A stretch of DNA of 63,191 nucleotides, filler included, from Octopus bimaculoides (lineage: Eukaryota), in assembly GCF_001194135.2 (NCBI RefSeq). It is 6 parts of 6 records of this genome, joined end to end, with 100 filler letters (N's around TTAATTAATTAA, not from the genome) between each part and the next. Parts side by side here need not be neighbours in the genome. Positions count along the whole stretch, not along the records: positions 12,646 to 27,713 come from NC_069003.1; positions 27,814 to 44,304 come from NC_068994.1; 4 more parts are not named here. One strand, given 5' to 3'. The notes under the pieces are model-generated. The model saw only the letters and a list, made by a program, of their open reading frames with translations. It searched no databases and had not been told where the DNA came from. Both the position numbers and the translations under genes were made by a program. Positions 26,533-38,458 of this stretch are shown in pieces. Positions within the stretch are counted from its first letter, which is position 1; every line of letters begins with the position of its first letter.

Positions 26533-26925
26533 TTCTGAATTTCAATATCACCGAGGTCGACCCTGCCAATTCTCTTTACGGGGTTGATAAAACAGGTACC
26601 ACCTGAACACTGGGATCGAAGTGATCGACTACTCCTTTGCCACTAAATTCCAAGCCTTGTGTCTATAGTAGAAAGACTTATTAATATTATCAGTATCGGC
26701 GTTAAGGCGTCGAGCTGACGAATCGTTAGCACGTCGGCAAACAGGATTAGCACAATTTTTTCTGGTTTCAGATTTTTTGGGTTCAAATTCTGCCTAGGTC
26801 GACAATGCTTTTTACCCTTTCTGGATCGATAAAATAAAGTAATATTCACGTACTGGGGTAGATATACTCAACTCATCATCCCAACCCCCTAAAATTGCTA
26901 GTGTTGTAGTAAAAAGAATTATTTA
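26533..26925 (+). mobile_element. Two adjacent diverged SINE family C copies (about 26533-26680 and 26705-26925)
   Basis: Both carry the GAGGTCGAC..GTCGATAAAA core and the family tail. Confidence 0.75.
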
Positions 26926-27059
26926 TATTGTCATTGTTACCTGAAAGATTCCTTGGTTGGCCCTCGATAGATGTATCCCCAGCCATTCCATGTAAGTACA
27001 TTCCATGTATGGACATCGCTCTTTTGATGTTTTCAATGATTAAATAGTGTATCTTTAAA

Positions 27060-27245
27060 ATGATTCTTCTAAAGGCACAAGGCCTGGAATTTGTGGGGAG
27101 GGGGATAGTTGATTACAGTACTCGACTCTCACTTATTTTATCGACCTCGATCCTTGGCGGAATTTGAAATCAGAATGTAAAAACGGACGAAGTGCCGCTA
27201 AGCATGTTGTCCGGCGTGCTAACAATTCTGCCAGCTGATCGCCTT
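27060..27245 (-). mobile_element. SINE family C, internally deleted
   Basis: Reverse complement has the family head and tail with the central part missing. Confidence 0.8.
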
Positions 27246-27367
27246 ATGTATCTTTAAAAGAATAGCTCGTAATATAAAAGAAACAAAAATTAACCTTTGA
27301 GTTACCGTACTTAATAAACGTAACCGCAAGATGTGTATCGATCTCTAAACCATGATGGTAACTATGA

Positions 27368-27592
27368 TGTGGGGTGCTGAAAAGTTCCTGGCTTTAAGGG
27401 TATGGCGAAAAGCTTGGTTGAAAGCCCAACCTTCCGATTTCTTTTTACAGCGTTTAGAAAGACTGAAGGACCACTGCAATAAGTGTGTGAAGGACCACTG
27501 CAATAAGGAGAATATATTGAGTAAAATCATAATTAACTGATCCTCCAGTATTTTCTTTTACCCAAAGCCAAGAACTTTTCAGCCACCCCTCG
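27368..27592 (+). mobile_element. mariner deletion derivative (MITE-like) with TIRs
   Basis: Left TGTGGGGTGCTGAAAAGTTCCTGGCTTT matches the reverse complement of the right end, CGAGGGGTGGCTGAAAAGTTCTTGGCTTT. Internal FFLQRLERLKDHCNKCV..EYIE* resembles a mariner C-terminus. GAAGGACCACTGCAATAAG is duplicated internally. Confidence 0.8.
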
Positions 27593-27917
27593 TGTACAAA
27601 ACAAAAGAATAAATAAATAAATAATTTAAATAATTAATTTGAATAAATAAATTATAAGACATTAGATGCGGGAAGGCACTGCTTTCTGTTGCCTAGCTTC
27701 ATCAGGACAGGTTNNNNNNNNNNNNNNNNNNNNNNNNNNNNNNNNNNNNNNNNNNNNTTAATTAATTAANNNNNNNNNNNNNNNNNNNNNNNNNNNNNNN
27801 NNNNNNNNNNNNNATTAGATTGGAGTCTGGTGTAGCCATCCGGTTGCACCAGTCCTCAGTCAAATCGTCCAACCCATGCTAGCATGGAAAGCGGACGTTA
27901 AACGATGATGATGATGA

Positions 27918-27958
<41 letters not shown>

Positions 27959-27962
27959 CGCA

Positions 27963-28802
27963 CAGGGCGTGATGGGTAAATTGTTGCTATTTTATATTTT
28001 TAATTTTGCACATGCGCATTGTTTTTGATTTTGTTGACTACACAGTATAGTAGGGTCAGTTGAGCACCATCTGTGAAAAAAACAGCACCATGATGCAATT
28101 CACTCTGCCAGAAATTTGGAAACGGCATGCTGTACTGTTTGGCATTTGTACTTGAAGCCCCAATACGAACATTTCAGAGGGCTGGATGACAATCCGAGTC
28201 TCAAAAGCATGTACCAAGATTGATACAAATCAAACATCCAATCAACATCATGGTGTTTGGAGCAATCACTTCCATTCATCTTCCCACACAACCTCAGACT
28301 TAATATGGAAGCCAACATCAAGTACCTGGAGGAGGTAGTGCTGCCTTGGGTCAAGACCCTGTGTCTGGCAACAGGACTCTGCACTATGCCACACAAGCAG
28401 GAGAGCCTAGTCATGGCTGTCAGACAATTTCTGTGACCACATCACCCCTAACATCTGGCCACCTAACTCCCCAGACTGCAACTCCCTTGATTATCATGTG
28501 TGGGGCTCAGTTGAGTGGAGAGACCAACAAAACTCCTTGTAACACCAAACATGAACTGAAGGCAAGGATTATGGCAGCATTCATCAAGTGAAACAAAGAG
28601 TACTATCCAGAAGAGTTGGAAGAGATTCCGAAGCCACCTGGAAGGTGTGGTTGAAGCCAATGACAATTTCATTGAATAAATTTACTCTTTAATATTTCAA
28701 GTTATTTTAATGTAATTTTGGTAAATACATATATCTGTTAAAATGAGATGTCAGTGTTATTTTCATTTTATGTAATTTAGAAGACAATTCATTCACTGCA
28801 CC

Positions 28803-28805
<3 letters not shown>
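27963..28805 (+). mobile_element. Internally deleted Tc1/mariner-superfamily element between TA runs
   Basis: KHPINIMVFGAITS, WQQDSALCH, WPPNSPDCNSLDYHVWG and ELKARIMAAF..RFRSHLEGVVEANDNFIE*, with degenerate CAGGG..AATTG TIRs. Confidence 0.88.
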
Positions 28806-28842
<37 letters not shown>

Positions 28843-29144
28843 NNNNNNNNNNNNNNNNNNNNNNNNNNNNNNNNNNNNNNNNNNNNNNNNNNNNNNNNNN
28901 NNNNNNNNNNNNNNNNNNNNNNNNNNNNNNNNNNNNNNNNNNNNNNNNNNNNNNNNNNNNNNNNNNNNNNNNNNNNNNNNNNNNNNNNNNNNNNNNNNNN
29001 NNNNNNNNNNNNNNNNNNNNNNNNNNNNNNNNNNNNNNNNNNNNNNNNNNNNNNNNNNNNNNNNNNNNNNNNNNNNNNNNNNNNNNNNNNNNNNNNNNNN
29101 NNNNNNNNNNNNNNNNNNNNNNNNNNNNNNNNNNNNNNNNNTAT

Positions 29145-29570
29145 ATATTGCTTTCCACTTACAAGTTCCCCATATAGCATCTGTTTAAGGATCCTGCTAT
29201 CATTCATTCTAACAAGGTATCCAGTCCAATGTAACTGGTGTTTGTACATCATTGCCTCAATACTCAGGCTTTCCTCAGGACCTGTGTATCTGGAGTTTAC
29301 ATTCAGAATGCATCTCAGACATCCCTGAGGGAAGTGTTCAAGGTCCTTTACATGATGTTTGTAAAGAGTCCATGTCTCACATGAGTAAAGGAGCAATGTC
29401 AGTACACATGCATGGTACACAGCAATTTTTGTTTGCTTTGTGATGCCATGTTGGGACCAGACACGAGACTCAAGAGACCTGAAGGAATCAGTTGCTCTCT
29501 GCAGCCTGAAAGATATTTCATCATCCAAGGAGCAAGAACAGCTGAGTGTGCTGCCCCATAAATAAGCTTG
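29145..29570 (-). mobile_element. RTE-type LINE, post-RT region (inverted segment)
   Basis: GSTLS..LDDEISFRLQRA..TKIAVYHACVLTLLLYSCETWTLY..QLHWTGYLVRMNDSRILKQMLYGELVSGK. Confidence 0.92.
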
Positions 29571-29574
29571 TCTA

Positions 29575-29795
29575 CCACTAGTCATTACCACGGATGGAGG
29601 AAACAAGTAAAGGAGGGAGTTGATGCCTTTGAAAAAGCATATATTCTTCATGAAGAATTTAAGCGTGCTGCTAAAAAATGCACTGCTAGTGTAATGAATG
29701 GGGAAAGCTTGATCTGCAGTGTTTGTAGTTGTGTATGTTTGTCAAGAGCCGGGCTCATTAGACACCAACGGAGCCAGAAGTGTAATGTATAGGTT
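29575..29795 (+). mobile_element. RTE-type LINE extreme C-terminus with a C2H2-like finger (non-inverted segment)
   Basis: GWRKQVKEGVDAFE..ICSVCSCVCLSRAGLIRHQRSQ. Confidence 0.8.
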
Positions 29796-29859
29796 AGTCT
29801 TGAGTGCACAATGTTCCTAAAGGTCAGTAATGGTTTTCATTGGTCACGAGTGGATGGCT

Positions 29860-29898
<39 letters not shown>

Positions 29899-30689
29899 GC
29901 ACACACACACACATACAAAGACAGACAGACAGATGCATTATTAATGCCCAAAAGGTAAAATATTCACTACTTAAAAGTGGATGTTGCTTGTCCATTCTGC
30001 CCTGCAGTGGAACTGAACCTGAAACCAACTTAACCATACAGCCACACCTGCACCCTATTTATAAAAACCAAAAAAAAAAAAAAAAAAAATTTAAGGGTCC
30101 TGAGTTGCATACTTTGATTGTAGAACTGTTCAATCAAGGCTGACCTGGGATGGGATCTAACAAACACTATCAAGAAAAGCTAAACAGTAGTCCTTATAAA
30201 CTCCCTTTCAAGGGTTAAGTGGTTATTTACATGTCAAAACATCTCTTCACCTTGATTCACCATTGAGATTCGACAGTAGTTACCCATCCTGCCACAGTTC
30301 ATCATAAATACATGAATAGGGAGATGGGCAGTTTGTATTCTGCACTGTAGAACTTTGTAGCATGTCATTTTCTGGAAAAATAGAAAATTAATTTCATTTT
30401 AATTTTTTTCTTAATTTAGTCAATAACTGTGAAAGATGGTTGAGGCTGTAAAGGCATACTGGTGGTGGTTGTGCTTATAGTTGGGTAGTGATGGTGATGG
30501 TGGTAGTAGTAGTAGTAGTAGTAGTAATGATTGTGTTAGTTGTGGTGGGGGGTAATGATGAGTGATGGTGGTCAAGGTGATGGGGCTGGTAGTTAATGAT
30601 GACAGTAGGGGTTACTGTTAGTTGTGGTGATGGAGATAGTAGTAGCAGCAATGGTGGTGGTAATAGTGTTGTAATTCTTAATGTTGGAT

Positions 30690-30863
30690 TGTTATAACGC
30701 TCACTCTGGTATAGCAGTATAGTTAGTTAGACAGGTAAGACCACAACTATCTATGACCATCTACTTCATACTCTCTGACCAATATCGTCTTATTTATAAA
30801 GACTAGCACATAACACTTGTCATGTGGGAGGGGTATACCATTATTACTATTATCCCCACAGCA
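30690..30863 (-). repeat. 3' LTR of the Gypsy element (about 174 bp, TG...CA)
   Basis: On the minus strand the purine tract AAAAAGGGAGA is immediately followed by TGCTGTGGGG...GCGTTATAACA. Confidence 0.7.
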
Positions 30864-33560
30864 TCTCCCTTTTTAAGTTTTTCTTTTTTTCTTAGAGAGC
30901 GTCATTTTATTTCTTTTAATAGCAATACTTTTTATATCACCCCACCTGTTTTTGAGTTCTTTTTTTCTTAGTTACACATTTAATATTTTTTCCGTTTGGC
31001 ATCCACTTGCAGGAATTCCATACATTTTCTTTTTCCTATGCTTGTGCGTCTTGGTTCAGTCACCTGTGGTGGCAATGGCTCTTCCATTCTCTTGGGTTCG
31101 CTCTCAATGAATCTTTTTTTCAGTTGGTTCACATGTCTCTTGTATATGCCTTTTCTACTTTTTACCAAGTATAGCATTTTTCTTATGTGTTTAGTAATCA
31201 TGTCATTTTCCCAACTCTATTTTCCATTCTTATATGCCCTCACAAATACATTTTCACCAATTTTCTAAAAGCTTGCTGTATTTTCCTTTGCAATTTTTCT
31301 TTTCTTGCCCAGTAGCAATTTGTCGAAGAGTGATTTTATTTTCATCACAAACATCAGCTCCGCAGGTGTATTTCAATCTGGTGTCACATAGTTTACTCTT
31401 AAGAATTGTAGAGCTACCTCATCCATGACTACCTTAATTGACTTTCTTAGGGCTCTCTTGAATATATCAACAAAGCGTTCTCCTTGTTCGTTATATCTGG
31501 GATGGTATGGTACCATAGTTACATGTTCTATAGCAAACATTTTACAGAACTTTTTAAATTCAAAAGACACAAATTACATTCCATTGTCAGACACTATAGT
31601 GTCTGGGATGCCAAATCTCGCAAACAGCTCGTAAAAAAAATTGTCACAGTTGAGGAGGTTGGTTTTTTACACTTACAAATTTCTGGTCATTCAGAGAAAC
31701 TATCAACTACCACTAAACAGTATGAACTGTTTAAAGGACCAGTGAAATTGATGCGTAGTCTCAACCACGGAACATCTACTTTTGGCCAAGGTTCACTTTT
31801 ATCATCAGTAATTTTGCTGCTAGAGCACATCCTCTACAGCCTTTCACTAAATTTTTGACTTCTCTTTCCATTTTTGGTCAGTACTCGTAGCTGTGCATTA
31901 AAGCTTTCATCCTTGAAATAACTAGGATGTCCAACATGAAATTTTCTCAACATTTTCTTTCATAGTGTGCCAAGTATCAGTACTCACTGTTTATAAATCA
32001 GTATGCCATCACAAATTGAGTATAGGTTCATTTCTTGGTTTTGTTTTGCACCAATCCTGTTCCTATTTACTTTACCTGACCACAATATTCTTTTCACTTC
32101 TGTTATTAATTTGTCCTTTACCACATTTCACTTTATGTCTTCTAGGGTTACTGGTAATTCACGTACTACATTACTCATTACATTTTTTATTTCTCCTTCT
32201 GATCTTAATGCTGCAATTATCGTATCTTCGAATGGCTCACAGTGTTTCGGTATCAGTCTGGACAAACCATCCACATGCCCTAGGTTCTTGATGGTAAATA
32301 TTCCATTTTGTTGTCATAATTCAATAATGTAGTGCCCCATCATTGTTTAGTGGATCACCAATTTAGTGTGAATGGTCTGTAATTTAGAGTGAGTGTTCTG
32401 TGATTTAATGTATGAAGAGTGTTCATGAGAGAATCCATTGCAGTATGCTTTTAATAAGCGTGAATAAAGAATGTTTAGAAGGAGTTCATTTACAGTTCAA
32501 TTAAACTTTATCTAAATAAAATGAATGCTGGCAAGTAACAACAATGATTAATCTGCATGTGTATGCGAATCATCTACATGTGTATGCATGACAGGAAAAA
32601 TCTCATAACTTACTTTTAACACAGACAGGTTATGTGGAAGCTGTTGTAAGCTAATAAGAACAAGAATGTACTGCTCATTTTGAAGCAGAACTGTAACTGA
32701 TATCATTCACATGAGTTGCGTGAAGCTGGTGGTGAACACAAAAATCATTGCATGTCAAAGAAAGAGATGTTGCTTCTAGGCTGTCTAGTCATCAACTAGT
32801 TTGAAACTGCCACTTCCCTGTTAAGACAGATCACTGCCATTTTTTATACATATGCCTCTAGCCTTGATTGGCTGGAGTCTTCCACAGCACAACTGAACTA
32901 TGCCACGATGACAAGATTAGAGCTTTCCTGACTTGCTACAGTTGTAATCTATTTGCTGTGTGTGTTGATATTCCTTTTGTAGAACTGTATAGTAACAGTA
33001 GTGGGTGATGATCCATTTGTAGACAAACTTCTTCCATGAATAAATCTATGGAATTTTTTCACACCGAATATGATTGTAGTCCCTTTCAGCTGATAATAAC
33101 AATTTGTGCAGAAACACAGCTCCTACACTGTACTCACTCACATCTGTCTGACACCATTTTGTATTTTTCTTTAACAGAGTGGGGCCCTTACATTATGTAT
33201 ATTGGGAATGTAAATTTGATAATAATTTACTAAACCCAAGAATGCTTGAAGCATAGTCACATTATTCAGTGTGGGCATATTTTTTTTATCACAGTTGCAC
33301 TGGATGGATCCTGTTTCCATCCATTTTTATCTATTATCTGGCCCAAGTATTTAATTTTTTTTCATAAAAAATTCGCATTTTACTTCCATTAACTTGAAAC
33401 TGTATTCTCTAACCTTCTCGAATACCCTTTTAATGTGTTCTGCATGGTTGTTCATGAGATTCATTATTTATTAGAATATCGTCTAAATAGGCGATAGCAA
33501 AATCTCAGTCACTCAGCATTGTATCCATTATTTGCTGAAATATGGAAGGAGTCTGTAGTT
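30864..33560 (-). mobile_element. Decayed Ty3/Gypsy pol (RT-RNase H-integrase), interrupted at 32347-32940
   Basis: PSIFQQIMDTMLSD*DFAIAYLDDILI, KYLGQIID, QAFLGLVNYY, FGVKKFHRF, ANRLQ|RWGT, HVDGLSRL, HVGHP, FGIPDTIVSDNG, PYHPRYNEQGERFV, YKRHVNQLKKR. Confidence 0.93.
32347..32940. mobile_element. Unclassified 594-bp insertion nested in the Gypsy RNase H
   Basis: It splits ANRLQ-RWG. Flanks are ATTGT and GTTGT (a 5-bp TSD differing by CpG decay); removing it restores AGATTACAACGATGGGGC. Confidence 0.75.
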
Positions 33561-33840
33561 GTAGGGGCACTCGGAGCTCTAACAGCCAAGTTTGAGAAAT
33601 ATGTGAAAGTAATTGGAATTGACATGAGAGCAGAACAAGCCCCAAAAAACTGCTCTGTCGGGGACAGCTAGGATTTCGAGATTGATACTTGGATGTTGAA
33701 CATCTCCCATGATAATTAACAACCAAGTATCAAAGCTTATAATGTGTGGAAAGAGACCCTGTGAAACCTTTGACAGCAGGCTGTTCTCCGCTCTCACAGA
33801 ATCTAACAGAACAAACAAGACCGAATGCTCTGAGAAGTAA

Positions 33841-33872
<32 letters not shown>
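33550..33872 (+). mobile_element. 3' end of an RLE-type non-LTR retrotransposon (R4/Dong-like) with an (AAT)n tail
   Basis: VVVGALGALTAKFEKYVKVIGID..QKTALSGTARISRLIL* is the typical C-terminus after the restriction-like endonuclease; it is followed by a 3' UTR and (AAT)n. Confidence 0.75.
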
Positions 33873-33874
<2 letters not shown>

Positions 33875-34392
33875 GAAGAAAAAAAGGCATCGATGGGGCA
33901 ATGCATACACTCTGCACATAAATTTTTTCACAAATTATAGTATGGTTTACAATGCACTGTTTACCTCTGCTTTTTAATTGAACTGAATTAATTTTTTTTT
34001 TTAGTACCACCATTAAAGGTATTTTGTACTCTGGTGAAATTAAGAAATCAACTTGTAAATAAACGAAACCTATATGTTAAATGACTGAAACAAGTAAAAG
34101 ATAAAAAGAGTATATGTATATATATTTATATATATGTATATGTATTTATATAGTATATATATATATATATNNNNNNNNNNNNNNNNNNNNNNNNNNNNNN
34201 NNNNNNNNNNNNNNNNNNNNNNNNNNNNNNNNNNNNNNNNNNNNNNNNNNNNNNNNNNNNNNNNNNNNNNGTTCATTTGAATTTATACGTTTTTGCATCG
34301 TAACTCCTTTATTATTATTAGTAAATATATATATATATATAATATATATACATACATATATGATATATATATATATACATGTATATATGTAT

Positions 34393-34750
34393 ATCTCAAA
34401 CCAGTTGAATGGAGAACTGGAGGATAGGAAAAGGGCTAAATTAAAACTAACACTGTCAGAAATAGAAAACAAAATTAAACCCTCCCATGAAAAGGAGAAA
34501 GAGAACAGAACAGTAGAAAGTATAAAAACAAACCTCAAGGCTTTCTATAGATTTGCAAAGGAGACTGCTACAGCACAGTACAAAGTAGGACCCCAATTCT
34601 TGCCTAATGGCTCACTGCCTGCGGATCCCAAATGGATAAGTGAAGTGCTCAGTGTTTTCACTTCTCCTCTGAGTCACATGCAAATAAAGAACACAGCTGA
34701 TTTCTTTGACAATATCACTCAGCAGAAAATGACTGCATCCATTACTTACA
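34393..34750 (+). mobile_element. CR1/L2-like LINE ORF2 linker fragment (between APE and RT)
   Basis: IKTNLKAFYRFAK..KVGPQFLPNGSLPADPKWISEVL..SVFT. Confidence 0.7.
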
Positions 34751-34754
34751 TTGA

Positions 34755-35885
34755 CGTGGGTGTGTGTAAGTATCCTATTTATTTCTTATCGTGTTCTCCG
34801 CTGATGAAGGAAAAATCCTTTATGGATTAATCCAGAAATCTGTCCGATTCAGTGATAACGAAATTTTTTAAAATTTCTGTTAGCTTGCTTTCCTTGCTTT
34901 CAACATGCTGTGTATTTATAGTGAAAAATATTGTATGTGGTGATCGACTATAAAGTCTGTTTCTCAGCATATTGGCATAGAAATTGTTTTCTTTTGCCCT
35001 TATTTATAATTGCTTATAATTTTCACCGTAAGAGGTATTTTAATATGCTGGCCGCTGATGAAATTTTTTGAAAAAATTCTATCCTATATCAGAAGTATCT
35101 ATATATACTCTGTCCAGTAACGAGTTTCAGACCTGTGCGGATATCCAGCAATTTGTGTGCCATATCAGGCTACATCTGCTATCCCACAACACTTCACCTG
35201 TGTCAAATGAAGAAGACTGCTTCACTGACCTGGGCAAACGACCATCCCACTGGATGCCAGCTCCTGACCAGTTCCAAGCAATTGATCAATTTGAAAGCAT
35301 CTGTCATGTTGTAGGGTGGTTCAACTTTGGGGTAGTTGTTGCAACAATGACCCCAAAAGCATACTCTCCACTCCAATTAGGAAGAAAAAGAGAGGATGAG
35401 ACTGATAAACTGTCCACCGTCTGTCTACCCTATGTGAAAGGTCTCTCCGAAAAGATACAAAAGGTATGCGGCCCATATGACATAAGGACAGTATTCAAAA
35501 GTAATACAATATTTCGCAAATATCTCCTTCAAGTAAAACCACCAATAGAAGAGAATATGACTAAGAACTGCGTGTACTCCATCCCATGCAGCTGTAGTAG
35601 GCGAAACATGCCCCGCCTCAAAATAAGGGAAGAGGAACATCGCAAAGCTGTGACATGGGGAGATATTGATCAATCAGGTATAGTTGATCATGTATGGTAA
35701 AATGGAGGCGACCTCCCTTTGTGGGATGAAGTTAAAATAATAGACAGAGAACACCACTAGAAAATATGAAAACTAAAAGAAGCAGCACATATGCTAGGAC
35801 ACAATAACCTCCTAAGCAGACTGAGTGCAGATATGAACAGCATATGGGAACCGGTATTAAGGAAGGATAGGAGAATATTAGATTT
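34755..35885 (+). mobile_element. Penelope-like element with a GIY-YIG region and an upstream pseudo-LTR-like segment
   Basis: VCLPYVKGLSEKIQKV..IRTVFKS..KNCVYSIPCSC..LKIREEEHRKAV..GIVDHVW..WDEVKIIDRE..KLKEAAHM, plus a hammerhead-like core at 34795-34855. Confidence 0.88.
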
Positions 35886-35911
35886 ATAAGCCCTAAAATT
35901 CTCTCCATAAT

Positions 35912-36020
35912 TGCCCATGGGCATATGGCTTAGTGGTTAAGAGCGCGGGCTACTAACCCCAAAATTCCGAGTTTGATTCCAGGCAGTGACCTGAATAACA
36001 ATAATAATAATAATAACAAC
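35912..36020 (+). mobile_element. Short tRNA-derived SINE head with an (AAT)n tail
   Basis: TGGCTTAGTGG A box and GAGTTTGATTCC B-like box; no CCA end or proper acceptor stem. Confidence 0.75.
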
Positions 36021-36339
36021 ATCGAATAATACCTTAGGAATGAGACACTAAGACACCTGATGAAAGCTGGAGGGTATATCAGCCGAAACATTGTTTTAAC
36101 AACAAACAAGATGAGGACAAATATCCGTCATTGTAAATAATGTACATAATTCCTCATCTCTTAAGTATAGAACTGTATCTTCTATTAAATTTCTTGAAAT
36201 TTCTGTCTACGTACATCACTCCACTGTCACCACCTCCATCCACTGCAAACACACACACTCACACTCCTACCTTAACTTCTCCTCCCACCCTACCAACACC
36301 AAGCCCTCCATCCCCTATTCCCAATTCCTCTGTCAACTC

Positions 36340-38310
36340 AGGCTCTGCAGTGACAACCATGATTTTGAGAGATGACTCACCACTTCATCCTACATGTATA
36401 TTTCCTCACCATTATACACACTGCCATCGTCCTGTAGACTTTGGACTGTACCTCTGCTCTTTCTCCTCACATCCACCTCACTCTTACCTGTCTCCCATTC
36501 CCCCTCCTCTACCAGCCCGTCACCTTACCCCCTCCAAAGCACCATTCTCTGAGCCTTCCGGCGACTCCAGTTTGACCCATCCTTCTTGTACATTTTCCCT
36601 AACCCACCCCTTACCTCCTTCAAATTAGCCCTGTGTAACTTCCTGGTCCACAGTTTCTTCCCTACCCCTTCCTCCCAGCTTGGTTCCTTCTCCTGCTCTC
36701 ACCCACACTGTTGCACCTACCCCTTCCTCTCCAACATCACTGACCTCACTGGTACCCTCCCATCACATCATCGATTCCTTTACCTGCACCTCCAGTAACG
36801 TTATTTACTGCATCTTCTGCTCTCTCTGTCCTTTCTGGTACATTGGCCAAATGGGACACTGCTTGGCTGACTGGTTGCAGAGCACCTCCGAGACATCAGA
36901 CTTGGCAATTACATCCTGGTCTCATGCTATTTCTGCTCTACTGGTCATTCGCTACACCTGTCTGTGTTTGGATTGTCTCTGCACAGGGGCCACCCAGACT
37001 CTCACCTTCTCCATGAGCAGAAATTAATCTTCTCCCTTCGCTCCTTTGCACCTTATGGGTTCAACTTGCTACCTCTCTTCATCTGACACCACCTCACACA
37101 GATTACCACTCACCTCCCACATTCACTTGCCCCTCCCTCCACCTCCACACCTGCATACCACCTACCTCAGTGTCCTCACCACACACACGCCACTATTCAA
37201 ACACCCATACACACTGTTCAACTTATTACTCACTTCACACACCATTTCACACACACCCACAAACACCTTCCCACTCCACACACACTGCCACGAAACATTT
37301 CTCAGTACCTACATCACACACCATTATCTACATACTCCCACACATTCTTCAATAGCGTCCTCACACATACCACTATATGAACATCTCTATGCACTGTTCA
37401 ACTCAGTACATACACCACACACCATCATCCACATTCCCACACCCACACAAGCATGTAATGCCTGAACACTGACAATATATACACACACACATGCAACATG
37501 CATAAATACAGATAACTTTCACCCAGAAACATACACTATACACATGCACACTATATGGTCACAGTCACACACACACAGACACACAGACACACGTGCACAC
37601 ACCACCTGAACAAGCACATATCAACTGCTTAACGCAAGTGTTTGCACATGCACACACACATACACACATGCACATGTTAGCCTCACACATATACACATGA
37701 CCATACTCACACATCCATACACACACACAGATACACAAATACACAAAATGCACATTACTCCACATAACACATACACTTGGTTACTTGTACACATAGGCCA
37801 GTGTGTTTGCACACATACACGATAACCACACACATAAATACACATGTCCATATGCACACACACATACATACTAATACATGTAACACACACAACTCCACAT
37901 AATGTATGCACTGGGTCACTTACACACAGGTCCACATATTTTTCAGCTTGCTCACACATACATACTTACACACTCACCCCTATTCATACATACATACTCA
38001 CACACACCATTCTTACATATATGTGTGTGCAAGAATAAATTCATTCAGCCAGGTCACTGTAATTATCTCCTTTTCATTCAGCCTTCTTCTAGCAATTTCG
38101 TCATGTTGAACTGTTAACTGCTAAAAAAGTGTTTTTTCTCTCTCCATTTTTTTCATTCTCTCTCCTTTTTTTCTTCTTATTTTTTTCTGTTGAAGATCAT
38201 AGGCGCAAAATGTAAAAGACTGTTCCATTCTTCCCGAGCATTAAACTAATACACCTGCTTGTTTACCTACACCTGTCTTTGTCTTTTGTTTTCTGTAAAT
38301 TTGAATAATA
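36340..38310 (+). mobile_element. Penelope-like element (second family): RT C-terminus, GIY-YIG, CA-rich 3' region and terminal repeat
   Basis: GSFSCSHPHCCTYPFLSN..DSFTCTSSNVIYCIFCSLCPFWYIG. The segment 38130-38310 matches 43960-44120. Confidence 0.85.
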
Positions 38311-38396
38311 CACACACACACACATGCATGCATATATATATATATATATATACTGATCAAATTAGTCTAGTCTCATCAGACTCTAATCCGAAGATT

Positions 38397-38458
38397 AGAG
38401 TCTGATGAAACGCCTATGAGGTTAAGGCCTTTGTGGATGTGAAACCATTGGTCACTCT
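38397..38458 (+). ncRNA. Minimal type I hammerhead ribozyme-like motif (PLE type)
   Basis: AGAGT-CTGATGA-A-[imperfect stem II]-GAAAC-CATTG-GTC-ACTCT. Stem I AGAGT/ACTCT is perfect, stem III is near-palindromic, and the cleavage triplet is GUC. Confidence 0.65.

Noticed and set aside
27660-27713. Minus-strand CTGATGAAGCTAGGCAAC hammerhead-like start
   Set aside because: The GAAA strand and stems I and III are not recoverable, and it lies next to a gap.
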